From assembly GCA_046581755.1 (NCBI GenBank), contig JAYGFR010000120.1:1-49822 (forward strand): a stretch of 49,822 nt of DNA. The letters are read 5' to 3'. Under the pieces are notes generated by a model. That model was not told where the DNA came from. It ran no database searches and worked only from the letters and a program-made list of their open reading frames with translations. Origin of the DNA: Nitrospinota bacterium (GTDB lineage Bacteria > UBA8248). Numbering within the stretch: position 1 is the stretch's first letter; every line of letters starts with the position of its first letter. This document shows, one piece after another, positions 27,176 to 36,140 of this stretch. Made by a program: the position numbers and the translations under genes.

Positions 27176-27912
27176 CGATCGCCGGAGGATTGAATCGAGG
27201 CCTGCGCCCTCTCGTTCGCCGCCAGGATGCGCCGCTCGAGCTCGGCGCGGTGAATTTCGAGGCCGTCGTCGTCCATCGAGCGGGGAACCTCCATCGGCCT
27301 CCCGTAGGCGAGGACCCACCGTGCGAAGGGGACCGGAAGAACCGTCCGGTCCCAAGTCGGGAGGCATGGGCTGGGCGCGCAGGCGGCCCCGATCGGATAG
27401 ATCGGGAGGCCCGTGAGCGAGGCAAAGAAAATCACCCCGGGCTTCACCTTTTCCGGCGGGCCGGTGGGTCCGTCGGGCGTAAAGATCACCTGCTGCCCCA
27501 TCTCGGATTCCTTGACAAGCGCACGAATCGCCGAGCCTCCTCCTTTGTTTCCGGCCCCGGCCTTGCCCGAGGAGCCCCGGACGCACCGCCCCTTCAGGAT
27601 GGCCATGATGCGGGCGAGGATCTCCCCGTCATGGCTCCGGCTGGCCAGGCCCACCCAGGGCATCGACCGGAAAAATCCAGGGACGATTCCGACATGGCGG
27701 TGCCAAACGGCGCCGATGGACATTCCTCCGGAGAGGGCGAGAATGCGGGCATGAAGCTCCGGCTGCAGAAACTCGTATCGGACGGTCGTGTAGATGGCGC
27801 GAATCGTCCACCCGATACAGCCGGCGGCAAGGCGGACAGGAATCGGCGCGTCCGGATTCCGCCCCTTATCGTCGTAGGCCGGAGGGCCCGGCACCGTCTT
27901 CCCCCCGATCAT
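27172..27912 (-). CDS. DUF374 lysophospholipid acyltransferase family protein (LpxJ-like lipid A secondary acyltransferase)
   Basis: WH, S.S.DGE, VRGSS, TPDGPTGP and WDR...P.PF signatures; lies between lpxB and waaA. Confidence 0.8.
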   Translation of the reverse strand: MIGGKTVPGPPAYDDKGRNPDAPIPVRLAAGCIGWTIRAIYTTVRYEFLQPELHARILALSGGMSIGAVWHRHVGIVPGFFRSMPWVGLASRSHDGEILARIMAILKGRCVRGSSGKAGAGNKGGGSAIRALVKESEMGQQVIFTPDGPTGPPEKVKPGVIFFASLTGLPIYPIGAACAPSPCLPTWDRTVLPVPFARWVLAYGRPMEVPRSMDDDGLEIHRAELERRILAANERAQASIQSSGDR

Positions 27913-29069
27913 TGAGGCGCGTCCAGCAGGCGGCGGATATGCGAGGCCGCCCGCTCGTAGGGATCGGCGGCATCCAGGGATTCGCGGATCCGATCGAACT
28001 CCCTCGTCTGCCGCTCGCGCGCCCCGGGATCCTCGAGGAGGGGAGCGAGGGTGTCCGCGATTTTCCCGCCCCGAACCTGCCCCTGATAAAGCTCGGGAGC
28101 AACCTCTTTTCCGGCCAGGAGGTTGACGAGAGAGATGTAGTCCACCTGAATCAAAAAGTATTTGACGATGAGATGGGTAAAAAAATCGCTCGCGTAAAGA
28201 ACGCTCAGCGGCGTTCCGAGAAGCCCGGTCTCCAGGGTGGCGGTCCCGCTGGCCACGGCGGCGGCGTCGGCCGCGCGGATGACCTCGTGGGCCCGGCCCC
28301 GGACGATGCGTACGAAACCGCCGCCCGGTGGCATCCGGCTCCGGACGGTGCCCTCAGGGAGCGCCTCGGCCTCCGAAACGAGAAAGAGCATTTCGGGATT
28401 TTTACGCTGGAGGATTTTGGCGGATTCGATCATGGGGGGGAGAAGCCGGTCGATCTCCCGGTGGCGGCTGCCCGGAAGAAAAGCCGCCACGCGCGCCGCC
28501 GCCCCGATATCGAGAGAGGCCCGCGCCTCGGCCCGCGAGGGGGCCCCCCGGAGGCCGAAGGCGACCGGGTTGCCAATGAACTCGGCGTTGCCGCCCGGGC
28601 GGCGGAAGTATTCGGGTTCGAAGGGATAGATCGTGAGAATCAGATCGAACACCTCAGCTATGGTGCGCGAGCGGCCGGTTCTCCAGGCCCAGACCTGGGG
28701 AGGGATAAAATAGATCAGCCTGGGCGGACGGGGAAGCTTTTTGATGGATTTGGCCAGCGATAGATTGAAGCCCGGATAATCCACGAAGATCACCGCCTCC
28801 GGGCGCTCGCTTCGGACCCGATCGATCAAATCTCTTTTGATCCGAAACAGGGCCGGCAGAATTCCGAGAATGCCCCCGAAGCCGACCACGGCGAGAGGCC
28901 CGTATTCATGGAGGATTTCGGCGCCCGCCGCGCGCATGGCCTCTCCGCCCATGCCGAAGAAACGGACCTCGGGTGCCTCCCGGGAGATGGCCCGGAGAAG
29001 GTGCGCCGCGTGGATATCGCCCGATGACTCACCGGCGACCACCATCAAGCAGGCCTCGTCCGGATTCAT
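27909..29069 (-). CDS. lpxB: Lipid A disaccharide synthase
   Basis: VAGESSGD, VDYPGFN, PQVWAWR, PFE, LPGSR..EI and SGTATLE. ATG 29069. Confidence 0.95.
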   Translation of the reverse strand: MNPDEACLMVVAGESSGDIHAAHLLRAISREAPEVRFFGMGGEAMRAAGAEILHEYGPLAVVGFGGILGILPALFRIKRDLIDRVRSERPEAVIFVDYPGFNLSLAKSIKKLPRPPRLIYFIPPQVWAWRTGRSRTIAEVFDLILTIYPFEPEYFRRPGGNAEFIGNPVAFGLRGAPSRAEARASLDIGAAARVAAFLPGSRHREIDRLLPPMIESAKILQRKNPEMLFLVSEAEALPEGTVRSRMPPGGGFVRIVRGRAHEVIRAADAAAVASGTATLETGLLGTPLSVLYASDFFTHLIVKYFLIQVDYISLVNLLAGKEVAPELYQGQVRGGKIADTLAPLLEDPGARERQTREFDRIRESLDAADPYERAASHIRRLLDAPQ

Positions 29070-29896
29070 TTTCCTTCGCCGCCCGTCCAGCCGATCAGCG
29101 CGATATTCGCGGCAACCGCCGCCCGGACGAGGGCCTCCCGTTCGAGCATGAACGTCGTCCCGGCCTCGACCACCAGCGCCGATGCCCCGCCCTCGGCCGC
29201 GACTCGAAGCGTTTCGGGCCCAACGGCCGGAATGTCGTAGCGTGTATTCTGGTCGGGCCGGGCCACCTTCAATACGATGGCGCCCGCCCCGGCGAGGGCG
29301 CACCCTCTCCGGATGGTCTCGTCGGTCCCCTCGATGGCCTCGACCGCCACGACGGCGCCTTTTTTCACGACGATGGTCTGACCGATGTCGAGCTGGGCGA
29401 TTTCACGCGCCATGGCGAATCCATACCGGACTTCCTCGATCTCCGCGGCGGTGAGGCGGCGCTTTCCCATAGGACCCTCGGGGGCCAGCAGGTGATCGAG
29501 AAATTCGGTCTGCGGAATGATCTCGAACCCGTTTTTTTCGGCAAGCGCGATCACAGCGTCCATGATGGTGACGTCGGCCAGGTTCTTTGTCCGGAACATG
29601 AAGCGGACGGCTTCGAAATCGAATTTGAGGCCCTGGAAGAGAATTTTTTTATCTACCTTGCCCACGAACCCGATCCGGCGGATCCCTTCGGACTGCAAAA
29701 AGGAGAGGATTTTTTTCGGCTGGGTGGGGGCGGCGTGAACGATGGTCCGGACCAAATCCTTCAAGGACCCGTGAATGTCCGGGGACAGCGCCACCGCGGC
29801 GACATCGAACCCCCGCTCGCGCGCCCGGGAGGTGAACTCGACGGCGAGCGATCCGGTTCCGGCGATGAGGCCGATTCGCTCGGGGGGACTGGCCAT
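29066..29896 (-). CDS. lpxI: UDP-2,3-diacylglucosamine diphosphatase LpxI
   Basis: IGLIAGTG, LDIGQT, AVEAIEGTD and P.Q..RYDIPAVG. ATG 29896. Confidence 0.92.
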   Translation of the reverse strand: MASPPERIGLIAGTGSLAVEFTSRARERGFDVAAVALSPDIHGSLKDLVRTIVHAAPTQPKKILSFLQSEGIRRIGFVGKVDKKILFQGLKFDFEAVRFMFRTKNLADVTIMDAVIALAEKNGFEIIPQTEFLDHLLAPEGPMGKRRLTAAEIEEVRYGFAMAREIAQLDIGQTIVVKKGAVVAVEAIEGTDETIRRGCALAGAGAIVLKVARPDQNTRYDIPAVGPETLRVAAEGGASALVVEAGTTFMLEREALVRAAVAANIALIGWTGGEGK

Positions 29897-29906
29897 TCTG
29901 AAGGGG

Positions 29907-30875
29907 TTAGATCGAAGCGGGGATCGGCACGTTGAGCATCTGGAGAACGCGAAGCGCAACGTCGAGCGATCGAAGCTCCCGCTCGGTGTTTTCGACCACA
30001 TTGCCCGCCTGAGCGGAGGCGAGAAAATGGCGGAGCTCCAGCTTCAGCGGATTATCCTTGTGGACGAAAACGCGCTCGACCTGGATCTGTTCGCTGTATT
30101 TCAACTCATCGCGAGAGAGGCTGTGCTCGCTGCTCGACTGGCGGTGGATCCGAAGTTCCTGATCGGCGTAGTCGAGCGAGATGAAGGCCCCGGGCTGGGA
30201 GATCCCCAGCGTGCGGATTTTATTTTCGGTGACGCGGCTGGCGGTCAGGCTGGCGATGCACCCGCCCGAGAACTGAATTTGCGCGTTGGCCACATCGTCC
30301 CGCTCGCTCACGATGATGGCGCCGGTGGCCGAAAGGGAAGTCACCTCTTCCTCGACCAGCCGGAGGATGATGTCCAGGTCGTGAATCATCAGGTCGAGGA
30401 CCACGCCGTCGTTCATCGCGCGCGCGACGAAAGGGCCGAGCCGCCGGCATTCGATCAGGGTCGGATCGCGGACGATCCTGGAAAGCTCCTGCACGGCGCC
30501 GTTGAAGCGCTCGACGTGGCCGATGTGGAGAACCAGATTATTTTCGGTGGCGATCCGGAACAAATTGCGGGCATAGACGATGTCGGTGCAGATGGGTTTT
30601 TCGACGAGGACGTGAATCCCGTTTTCGAGAAACATCCGCGAGACGCCGTAATGGATCGCCGTGGGCACGGCGACGATGACGGCATCGACTTTCCCGACGA
30701 GATCCTCGGGACGGGAAAACGATTCGGCCTCGTATTTCCCGGCCAGCTCCCGGGCGCGGGCCCTGTCCTGGTCCGCGATGGCCGCCAGGTTTGCCTCCAC
30801 GAGCTCGCCAAGGGCGACGACGTGATAACTCCCCATGTGGCCGACCCCGGCCACGCCTACACGTAATTCGTCCAT
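29907..30875 (-). CDS. Gfo/Idh/MocA oxidoreductase (GnnA-like UDP-GlcNAc 3-dehydrogenase)
   Basis: GVGHMG, VLVEKP, GHVERFN, DLMIHDLD and ASRV; directly downstream of lpxA. Confidence 0.8.
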   Translation of the reverse strand: MDELRVGVAGVGHMGSYHVVALGELVEANLAAIADQDRARARELAGKYEAESFSRPEDLVGKVDAVIVAVPTAIHYGVSRMFLENGIHVLVEKPICTDIVYARNLFRIATENNLVLHIGHVERFNGAVQELSRIVRDPTLIECRRLGPFVARAMNDGVVLDLMIHDLDIILRLVEEEVTSLSATGAIIVSERDDVANAQIQFSGGCIASLTASRVTENKIRTLGISQPGAFISLDYADQELRIHRQSSSEHSLSRDELKYSEQIQVERVFVHKDNPLKLELRHFLASAQAGNVVENTERELRSLDVALRVLQMLNVPIPASI

Positions 30876-30879
30876 ATCG

Positions 30880-31689
30880 TTACTCGCTCACTTCGGCCGG
30901 CGGAGGCCGATCGCCTCCGCGATAGATGCCTCTTTTCGAAGATCGCACGAAGTCTACCACGGATCTCACTTCGCGTCCCGCGGGGATCTCGGCTTCGATG
31001 CGCGCCAATGCCTCCTCGACCGATTTCGAGTCCTCGAAAACGATGCGGTAGGCCTCTTTCAGATGACCGCGCACCTGGGAGGATATCCCGCTCCGCCGCA
31101 TGCCCACCAAATTGAGGCTCCGGACTTTCGGGGGATTTCCATCGGTCATGGTGAAGGGGGGAACGTCCTTGCGGACGGCGGCCGGCCCGGTGAGCATGAC
31201 GCCCTCCCCGATGCGGATAAATTGGTGAATCCCGACGAAACCCGTAACGAAGGCCCTGTCTCCGATTTCAACATAGCCGCCCAGGGTGGTCGCGTTGGTC
31301 AGGATAACCTCGTCTCCCAGAGTGCAATCATGGGCCACATGCGCCTGGACCATCAGGTAGCATTTCTCACCGATCTGGGTGAGGCCACCCTCTTCGATCG
31401 AGCGGTGGACGGTGGCCATCTCGCGGATGACCGTCCCGGCCCCGATTTCGACGCCGCCCTCCGCTCCCTCGATATTCGTATGCTGCCCCTCGGTGCCGAT
31501 GACGGCGCCGTGAAAAATCCGGCATCCGGGAGCAATCCTCGAGGAGCCCTCGATGACGGTATGCGCGCCCAGCTCGCACCCCTCTCCCAGGGACACACCG
31601 GCGCCGACAACGGCGCCGGGGCCGATGCGCACGTTCCCGGCGATGTTGGCGGCCGGATCGACGATGGCGGAAGGGTGGATATCGCTCAC
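30880..31689 (-). CDS. lpxA: Acyl-ACP--UDP-N-acetylglucosamine acyltransferase
   Basis: Hexapeptide repeats, IRE..TVHR, AHVAHDC, HQF, KDVPPF and N.VG.RR.G; fabZ-lpxA context. Confidence 0.92.
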   Translation of the reverse strand: MSDIHPSAIVDPAANIAGNVRIGPGAVVGAGVSLGEGCELGAHTVIEGSSRIAPGCRIFHGAVIGTEGQHTNIEGAEGGVEIGAGTVIREMATVHRSIEEGGLTQIGEKCYLMVQAHVAHDCTLGDEVILTNATTLGGYVEIGDRAFVTGFVGIHQFIRIGEGVMLTGPAAVRKDVPPFTMTDGNPPKVRSLNLVGMRRSGISSQVRGHLKEAYRIVFEDSKSVEEALARIEAEIPAGREVRSVVDFVRSSKRGIYRGGDRPPPAEVSE

Positions 31690-32132
31690 GATTCTTTTTT
31701 GGGCTCTAGGATATGGGCGGTGATCACCGCTTCGGCGGCGGTCTCTCCGTCCACCGACACCAACGCATCCACTTTCCAGAGAAAACCCCGCCTGCGGTTC
31801 AGCCCGATGGAGATGCGAAGTTGATCGCCGGGAACGACGGCCCGCCGAAATTTTGCCCGCTCGATTCCGGCAAAAAGAAAATCCGAGGCAGGATTGACGA
31901 GTTTTCCGCCAAAAATTAGGAGCAGGGCCGCCTGGGCCATGGCCTCGATCATCAAAACGCCCGGCATGATGGGCATGTCTGGAAAATGGCCGCTGAAAAA
32001 CGGCTCGTTGTGCGTAACGTTTTTGATGGCGACCAGCGTAACGGCCTCGGGGTCCATTTCGAGAACCCGGTCCACCATGAGCATCGGGAACCGGTGCGGC
32101 AGCAGCCGGAGGATCTCATCCGATGTGATCAA
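31686..32132 (-). CDS. fabZ: 3-hydroxyacyl-ACP dehydratase
   Basis: [38 protein letters not shown] and KFRR.V.PGD. TTG 32132 with GAGGAG SD. Confidence 0.95.
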   Translation of the reverse strand: MITSDEILRLLPHRFPMLMVDRVLEMDPEAVTLVAIKNVTHNEPFFSGHFPDMPIMPGVLMIEAMAQAALLLIFGGKLVNPASDFLFAGIERAKFRRAVVPGDQLRISIGLNRRRGFLWKVDALVSVDGETAAEAVITAHILEPKKES

Positions 32133-33136
32133 GATTCCAACTCCTCTATTTTTTTCTCCACCTCCCGGAGACGCTTGGCGATTTCCGGAAGGCGGCCGTA
32201 CACCACCATCCTCCGGCGTGCATCGGAAATCTCGACGGCGGGCGCATCGAGGTAGGTTTTCCCCCCATCCAGGCTTTTCGAAATCCCCGACCTGGCGCCG
32301 AATATCGCTCCATCGCCAATCTCGACATGATCGGCAACGCCCACATTGCCGCCCATGATTACCCCGCGGCCGAGAGTCACGCTCCCGGAAATGCCCACCT
32401 GGCTGGCGAGGAGGCACTCTTCGCCGATGATGACGTTGTGGGCGATCTGGACGAGATTGTCGATCTTGGCCCCCCGCTTGATTCGGGTCTCGCCCAACGA
32501 GGCGCGATCGACGACGGTGTTGGAGCCGATTTCGACATCATCCTCGATCACGACAGTGCCCGTCTGGGGAAATTTTTCAACGCCCCCCCGATCGCCGGGC
32601 ACATAGCCGAACCCGTCGGATCCGATGACCACCCCGGCATGCAACACGACGCGGCGGCCCAGGGATACGCCCGGATACAGGACGCAATTGGGATGGACCA
32701 CGCAATCCGAGCCCAAGGTGACCTCCTCCCCGATATGGGCTCCGGCGCCGATGTGGCATCCTTCTCCGATTTCGGCGCCGGGTCCGATGGAGGCGGCCGG
32801 CCCCACGGAGACCCTCGCGCCGATTTTGGCACTCTCATCGATAATGGCCGAGGGATGAATACCCGGCGGCGGAGGCTTTTGCGGCCGAAGAAGGACAATG
32901 GCCCGGACGAACCCCAGCTTCGGGTTGGGGCAGCGAATGCCCGGGCGGCCGGACTCCACCCCGGGAGGAACGATCAGGGCGCCGGCGGCCGAGGGCTTTT
33001 TCATTTGTTTTTTGGATTCGGCCCAACTCAGCATGTCCGGCCCGGCGAGGTTCAGTTCGGCGATGTCCCGCACATCGAAGTTTCCATCGCCAATCAAGTC
33101 CCCCCCGATCTTCTCGGCAATCTCCGCTAGACGCAT
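32129..33136 (-). CDS. lpxD: UDP-3-O-acylglucosamine N-acyltransferase
   Basis: Hexapeptide repeats, [21 protein letters not shown] and QVGISGS. Confidence 0.95.
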   Translation of the reverse strand: MRLAEIAEKIGGDLIGDGNFDVRDIAELNLAGPDMLSWAESKKQMKKPSAAGALIVPPGVESGRPGIRCPNPKLGFVRAIVLLRPQKPPPPGIHPSAIIDESAKIGARVSVGPAASIGPGAEIGEGCHIGAGAHIGEEVTLGSDCVVHPNCVLYPGVSLGRRVVLHAGVVIGSDGFGYVPGDRGGVEKFPQTGTVVIEDDVEIGSNTVVDRASLGETRIKRGAKIDNLVQIAHNVIIGEECLLASQVGISGSVTLGRGVIMGGNVGVADHVEIGDGAIFGARSGISKSLDGGKTYLDAPAVEISDARRRMVVYGRLPEIAKRLREVEKKIEELES

Positions 33137-33137
33137 C

Positions 33138-33716
33138 CTACTTCTTCTTTTTGTTGTATAGCTCGATGACCTGGCCCGTGATGTCCACCGCTTTTTTCAT
33201 ATACATGACGCCGCCCTCGGCCCGTTCGATGATCAGGTCGTACTTCCCTTCCTTGCCTATTTCATTCACCACTTCGCGGATCTGGATCAAAATATTCCCC
33301 ATCATCCGGTTTCCGCGCACGGAAAGGTCCCGGCGGCTTTCCTGGACCATTCGCTTGAGTTCGTCTTGTTGGCGGGTGAATCTTCTCTTTTGCCCGGTAA
33401 GGGTGGCGTTCTTTTTCTCCCGCTGCTCGGGCCGCAGTATGGGTCCCTTTTGCTGGATTTCCAGTTGAAGTTCACGTATTTGCTTCACCAGCGACTCGAT
33501 GGCGGTCCGCTTTCTAACCAGGTTCGTCTCGAGGCGCTTTTTTTCGCGCCCCAGAATCTCCCGCGCCTTTATCCCGGCCCTGGAATTCCCCACCGCCCTC
33601 TCGATATCCACCACCGCCAGACGGGAACCCTCCGAGAAGGCGGTTCCCCCTCCGCCGAGCAAGAAAGCCGCTGCGCCAACAAGCGATATCCATATGAAAT
33701 GTCGTTTCACAGCCAT
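33138..33716 (-). CDS. skp: OmpH/Skp periplasmic chaperone
   Basis: Signal peptide, LAVVD, long basic coiled coil, YDLII and DIT..VI; between bamA and lpxD. Start at 33716 or 33710. Confidence 0.85.
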   Translation of the reverse strand: MAVKRHFIWISLVGAAAFLLGGGGTAFSEGSRLAVVDIERAVGNSRAGIKAREILGREKKRLETNLVRKRTAIESLVKQIRELQLEIQQKGPILRPEQREKKNATLTGQKRRFTRQQDELKRMVQESRRDLSVRGNRMMGNILIQIREVVNEIGKEGKYDLIIERAEGGVMYMKKAVDITGQVIELYNKKKK

Positions 33717-33755
33717 CCCTTTCTTTTTTTTTTGGCCAACCCAGCTCACAGATCG

Positions 33756-36092
33756 CTAAAATGACGTGCCAAGTCCGAAATGCACCTCACGATCGCGCTC
33801 GCCGGTCTTTTTGTCCAGCTTGTATCCGAGATCAATCCGAAGCGGGCCGATCGGCAACACCACCCGCAATCCGAACCCCGCCCCCCATCTCAGATCGCTC
33901 ACGTCGAAAGCGTCGCTGCGCTCCCAAACGTTTCCCGCATCCAGAAATGTAACCAACCGCGTGGGTCCGAATAACGGATACGCCAACTGGATGGAAAACA
34001 AGCCTGTCGAGAAACCGCCGATGGCCTCGCCACCCCTGTCCACCGGCCCCAAATTGTCCCGGCTGAAGCCCCTGACGGCCCGGCGGCCCGAAAGAAAAAG
34101 ACGCCGGAAAGCGGGCAAACTCCCTTTGAAGGAATCGATATAGCGGCCCTCGGCCCGGTAGGAAAAAACGAGTTTCTTCAGCAGCCGAAGCCGGAATTTT
34201 TCGCCGATGTTATGGTATTGTCGGAAGTCGGCCCGGATAAACGCCACGTCCACGTCGCCGCCCAAGAATCCGCCCGAGATCGAGGGGGAGAGGGTGGCTA
34301 ACGTCCCCGTGTCGGGAAGAAAGCGGCGGTTCCGGGAGTCGTAAACCAGCGACGAGGTCATCTGGCTCTGGAAAAGATCTTCGCCCTCGAGATCGATAAT
34401 ATCCTGCCTCGCCACGGAGGAGACGTTGCTCACGGTGGAGACGGAAAGCTCATAGGAGAGAAAGGCGGTCAGGTCGTCCGTCAGCGATTTACCCAGGTTG
34501 ATCCTGCCGCCCTTCCGCTCGTTCTCGAATGTTGAGAACACTTCATCGACAATAAATATATCCGCTCCGATCGAAAAATCCCTGTCCTGGAAATTCGGAT
34601 CGGTGAACGAGGCGGTCAACCGCTGGACCTCGGACGAGATGCTCCCGGCGAACAGGGCCCGGTACCCCCGGCCGAAAAGATTATTCTCGCGAATCGAAGC
34701 CGTGAAAGTAGCGCCTTCTTGATTGTTGAAGCCAACGCCCGCCCCGATGGCGCCCGTCCGTTGTTCGTCGACCTTGATGTTGATGTCGAGGATATTGTTG
34801 CTGCCGGCCCGGCGTTTTTCATCGACTTTGACGGTTTTGAAATAGCCCGTGCGGGTCAGCAGCCTCCGGGTCTTGGTAATGCCCTTCGAGTCGTAGAGCG
34901 CCCCTTCGGTGACGCGAACCTCGCGGCGGATGACGTTTTCGCGGGTCCGGGTATTTCCCGAAATCGTGACACGTCCGATATAGACCCGCCGCCCCTTTTT
35001 AATCTCGTAGAGGAATTTGACCACCTTCTTTTCATCGTCGGCGCTGGTGGAGGGCAGCACATCGGCAAAGGCGTATCCCCGCGCGGCGAAAGCGTCCTTG
35101 ATGGCCCCGACATCCACGAACATGAGCGATCGATTGAACGTATCGCCGGTGAAGAGCTTGAACTCGCTCCGCAACTCCTCGGGCGGGATGACATCCTCCC
35201 CGCCGCGAATTTCGATTTCGCCCACCTTGTACTCAAATCCCTCGCTGATGGGGATGATGATGTTCAGCTTGCTGCGCTCGCGATCTTTTTGAATGATCGG
35301 CTGGCCCACCTGGACCTTGAAATATCCCCGCGATTGATACAGGTGGCGGATCCGGAGAAGGTCCCTGGCCAGTTCGTCTTCCTTGAATATGCCCGATTCG
35401 GTGAGCCAGGAGAAAAATCCCGCCTCGTCCGTCGCCATGGCCGCGAGGATGTCCTTGCGGGAGATGGCTTCGATGCCGCGGAAGGTGATGGTTTCGATCT
35501 CGACGCTCTCGCCCTCGTTGATTCGCAGCATCAGGTCTACGGTGTTGCGGCTGCCCTCTTTGAGGACCGCTTCGACGCGGGCGAAATAATGCCCCTTCTC
35601 CTGGTAGAGTTTGCGGATATTGCGGACGGTTTCCTTGATGGTGGCTTCGTTGACGAAGGTCTGGACCTTGACCGTGATCTTCTCGCGGATATCGTTCTCA
35701 TCGACGGTGACGTTGCCCTGGAACTCCACCTTCCGAATGGTCGGCTTCTCCTTGACCCGGTAGGTGACGATGAACCCGCCCTCGAACGATTCCACCTCGG
35801 CCTTTACGTCCCGGAAAAAGCCCAGGCCGTAAATGGTGCGCACGTCCTTGCGGATGCCTTCGATCAGTTCGATGTTGGTGTAGCTCTTGCCTTCCTTGAT
35901 TTGCAGGTAAAAACGGACGGTCGAACTGTCCACCTGCTTGTTGCCGCGAATTTGAACGGTCCTGATCGACATCCTCGGAGAGGGGGCCTGGGCGATCAAT
36001 TGGCGGCCCTTCGCCATAACGCCCGAGGTGGCAAATGCAAGACAAAATGCGGATACGGAGGCGCACACTCCCGCCTTCACCGCATTTTCCAT
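33756..36092 (-). CDS. bamA: Outer membrane protein assembly factor BamA
   Basis: 778 aa; signal peptide, POTRA repeats (GNTRTRENVIRRE), loop-6 VRGF, FLDAGN, PIGPLRID and C-terminal Phe. Confidence 0.95.
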   Translation of the reverse strand: MENAVKAGVCASVSAFCLAFATSGVMAKGRQLIAQAPSPRMSIRTVQIRGNKQVDSSTVRFYLQIKEGKSYTNIELIEGIRKDVRTIYGLGFFRDVKAEVESFEGGFIVTYRVKEKPTIRKVEFQGNVTVDENDIREKITVKVQTFVNEATIKETVRNIRKLYQEKGHYFARVEAVLKEGSRNTVDLMLRINEGESVEIETITFRGIEAISRKDILAAMATDEAGFFSWLTESGIFKEDELARDLLRIRHLYQSRGYFKVQVGQPIIQKDRERSKLNIIIPISEGFEYKVGEIEIRGGEDVIPPEELRSEFKLFTGDTFNRSLMFVDVGAIKDAFAARGYAFADVLPSTSADDEKKVVKFLYEIKKGRRVYIGRVTISGNTRTRENVIRREVRVTEGALYDSKGITKTRRLLTRTGYFKTVKVDEKRRAGSNNILDINIKVDEQRTGAIGAGVGFNNQEGATFTASIRENNLFGRGYRALFAGSISSEVQRLTASFTDPNFQDRDFSIGADIFIVDEVFSTFENERKGGRINLGKSLTDDLTAFLSYELSVSTVSNVSSVARQDIIDLEGEDLFQSQMTSSLVYDSRNRRFLPDTGTLATLSPSISGGFLGGDVDVAFIRADFRQYHNIGEKFRLRLLKKLVFSYRAEGRYIDSFKGSLPAFRRLFLSGRRAVRGFSRDNLGPVDRGGEAIGGFSTGLFSIQLAYPLFGPTRLVTFLDAGNVWERSDAFDVSDLRWGAGFGLRVVLPIGPLRIDLGYKLDKKTGERDREVHFGLGTSF

Positions 36093-36140
36093 GAAAAACT
36101 CCCTGCGGGTAGAGGGGCCTATCTGCTCTTCAAGGCCAAA

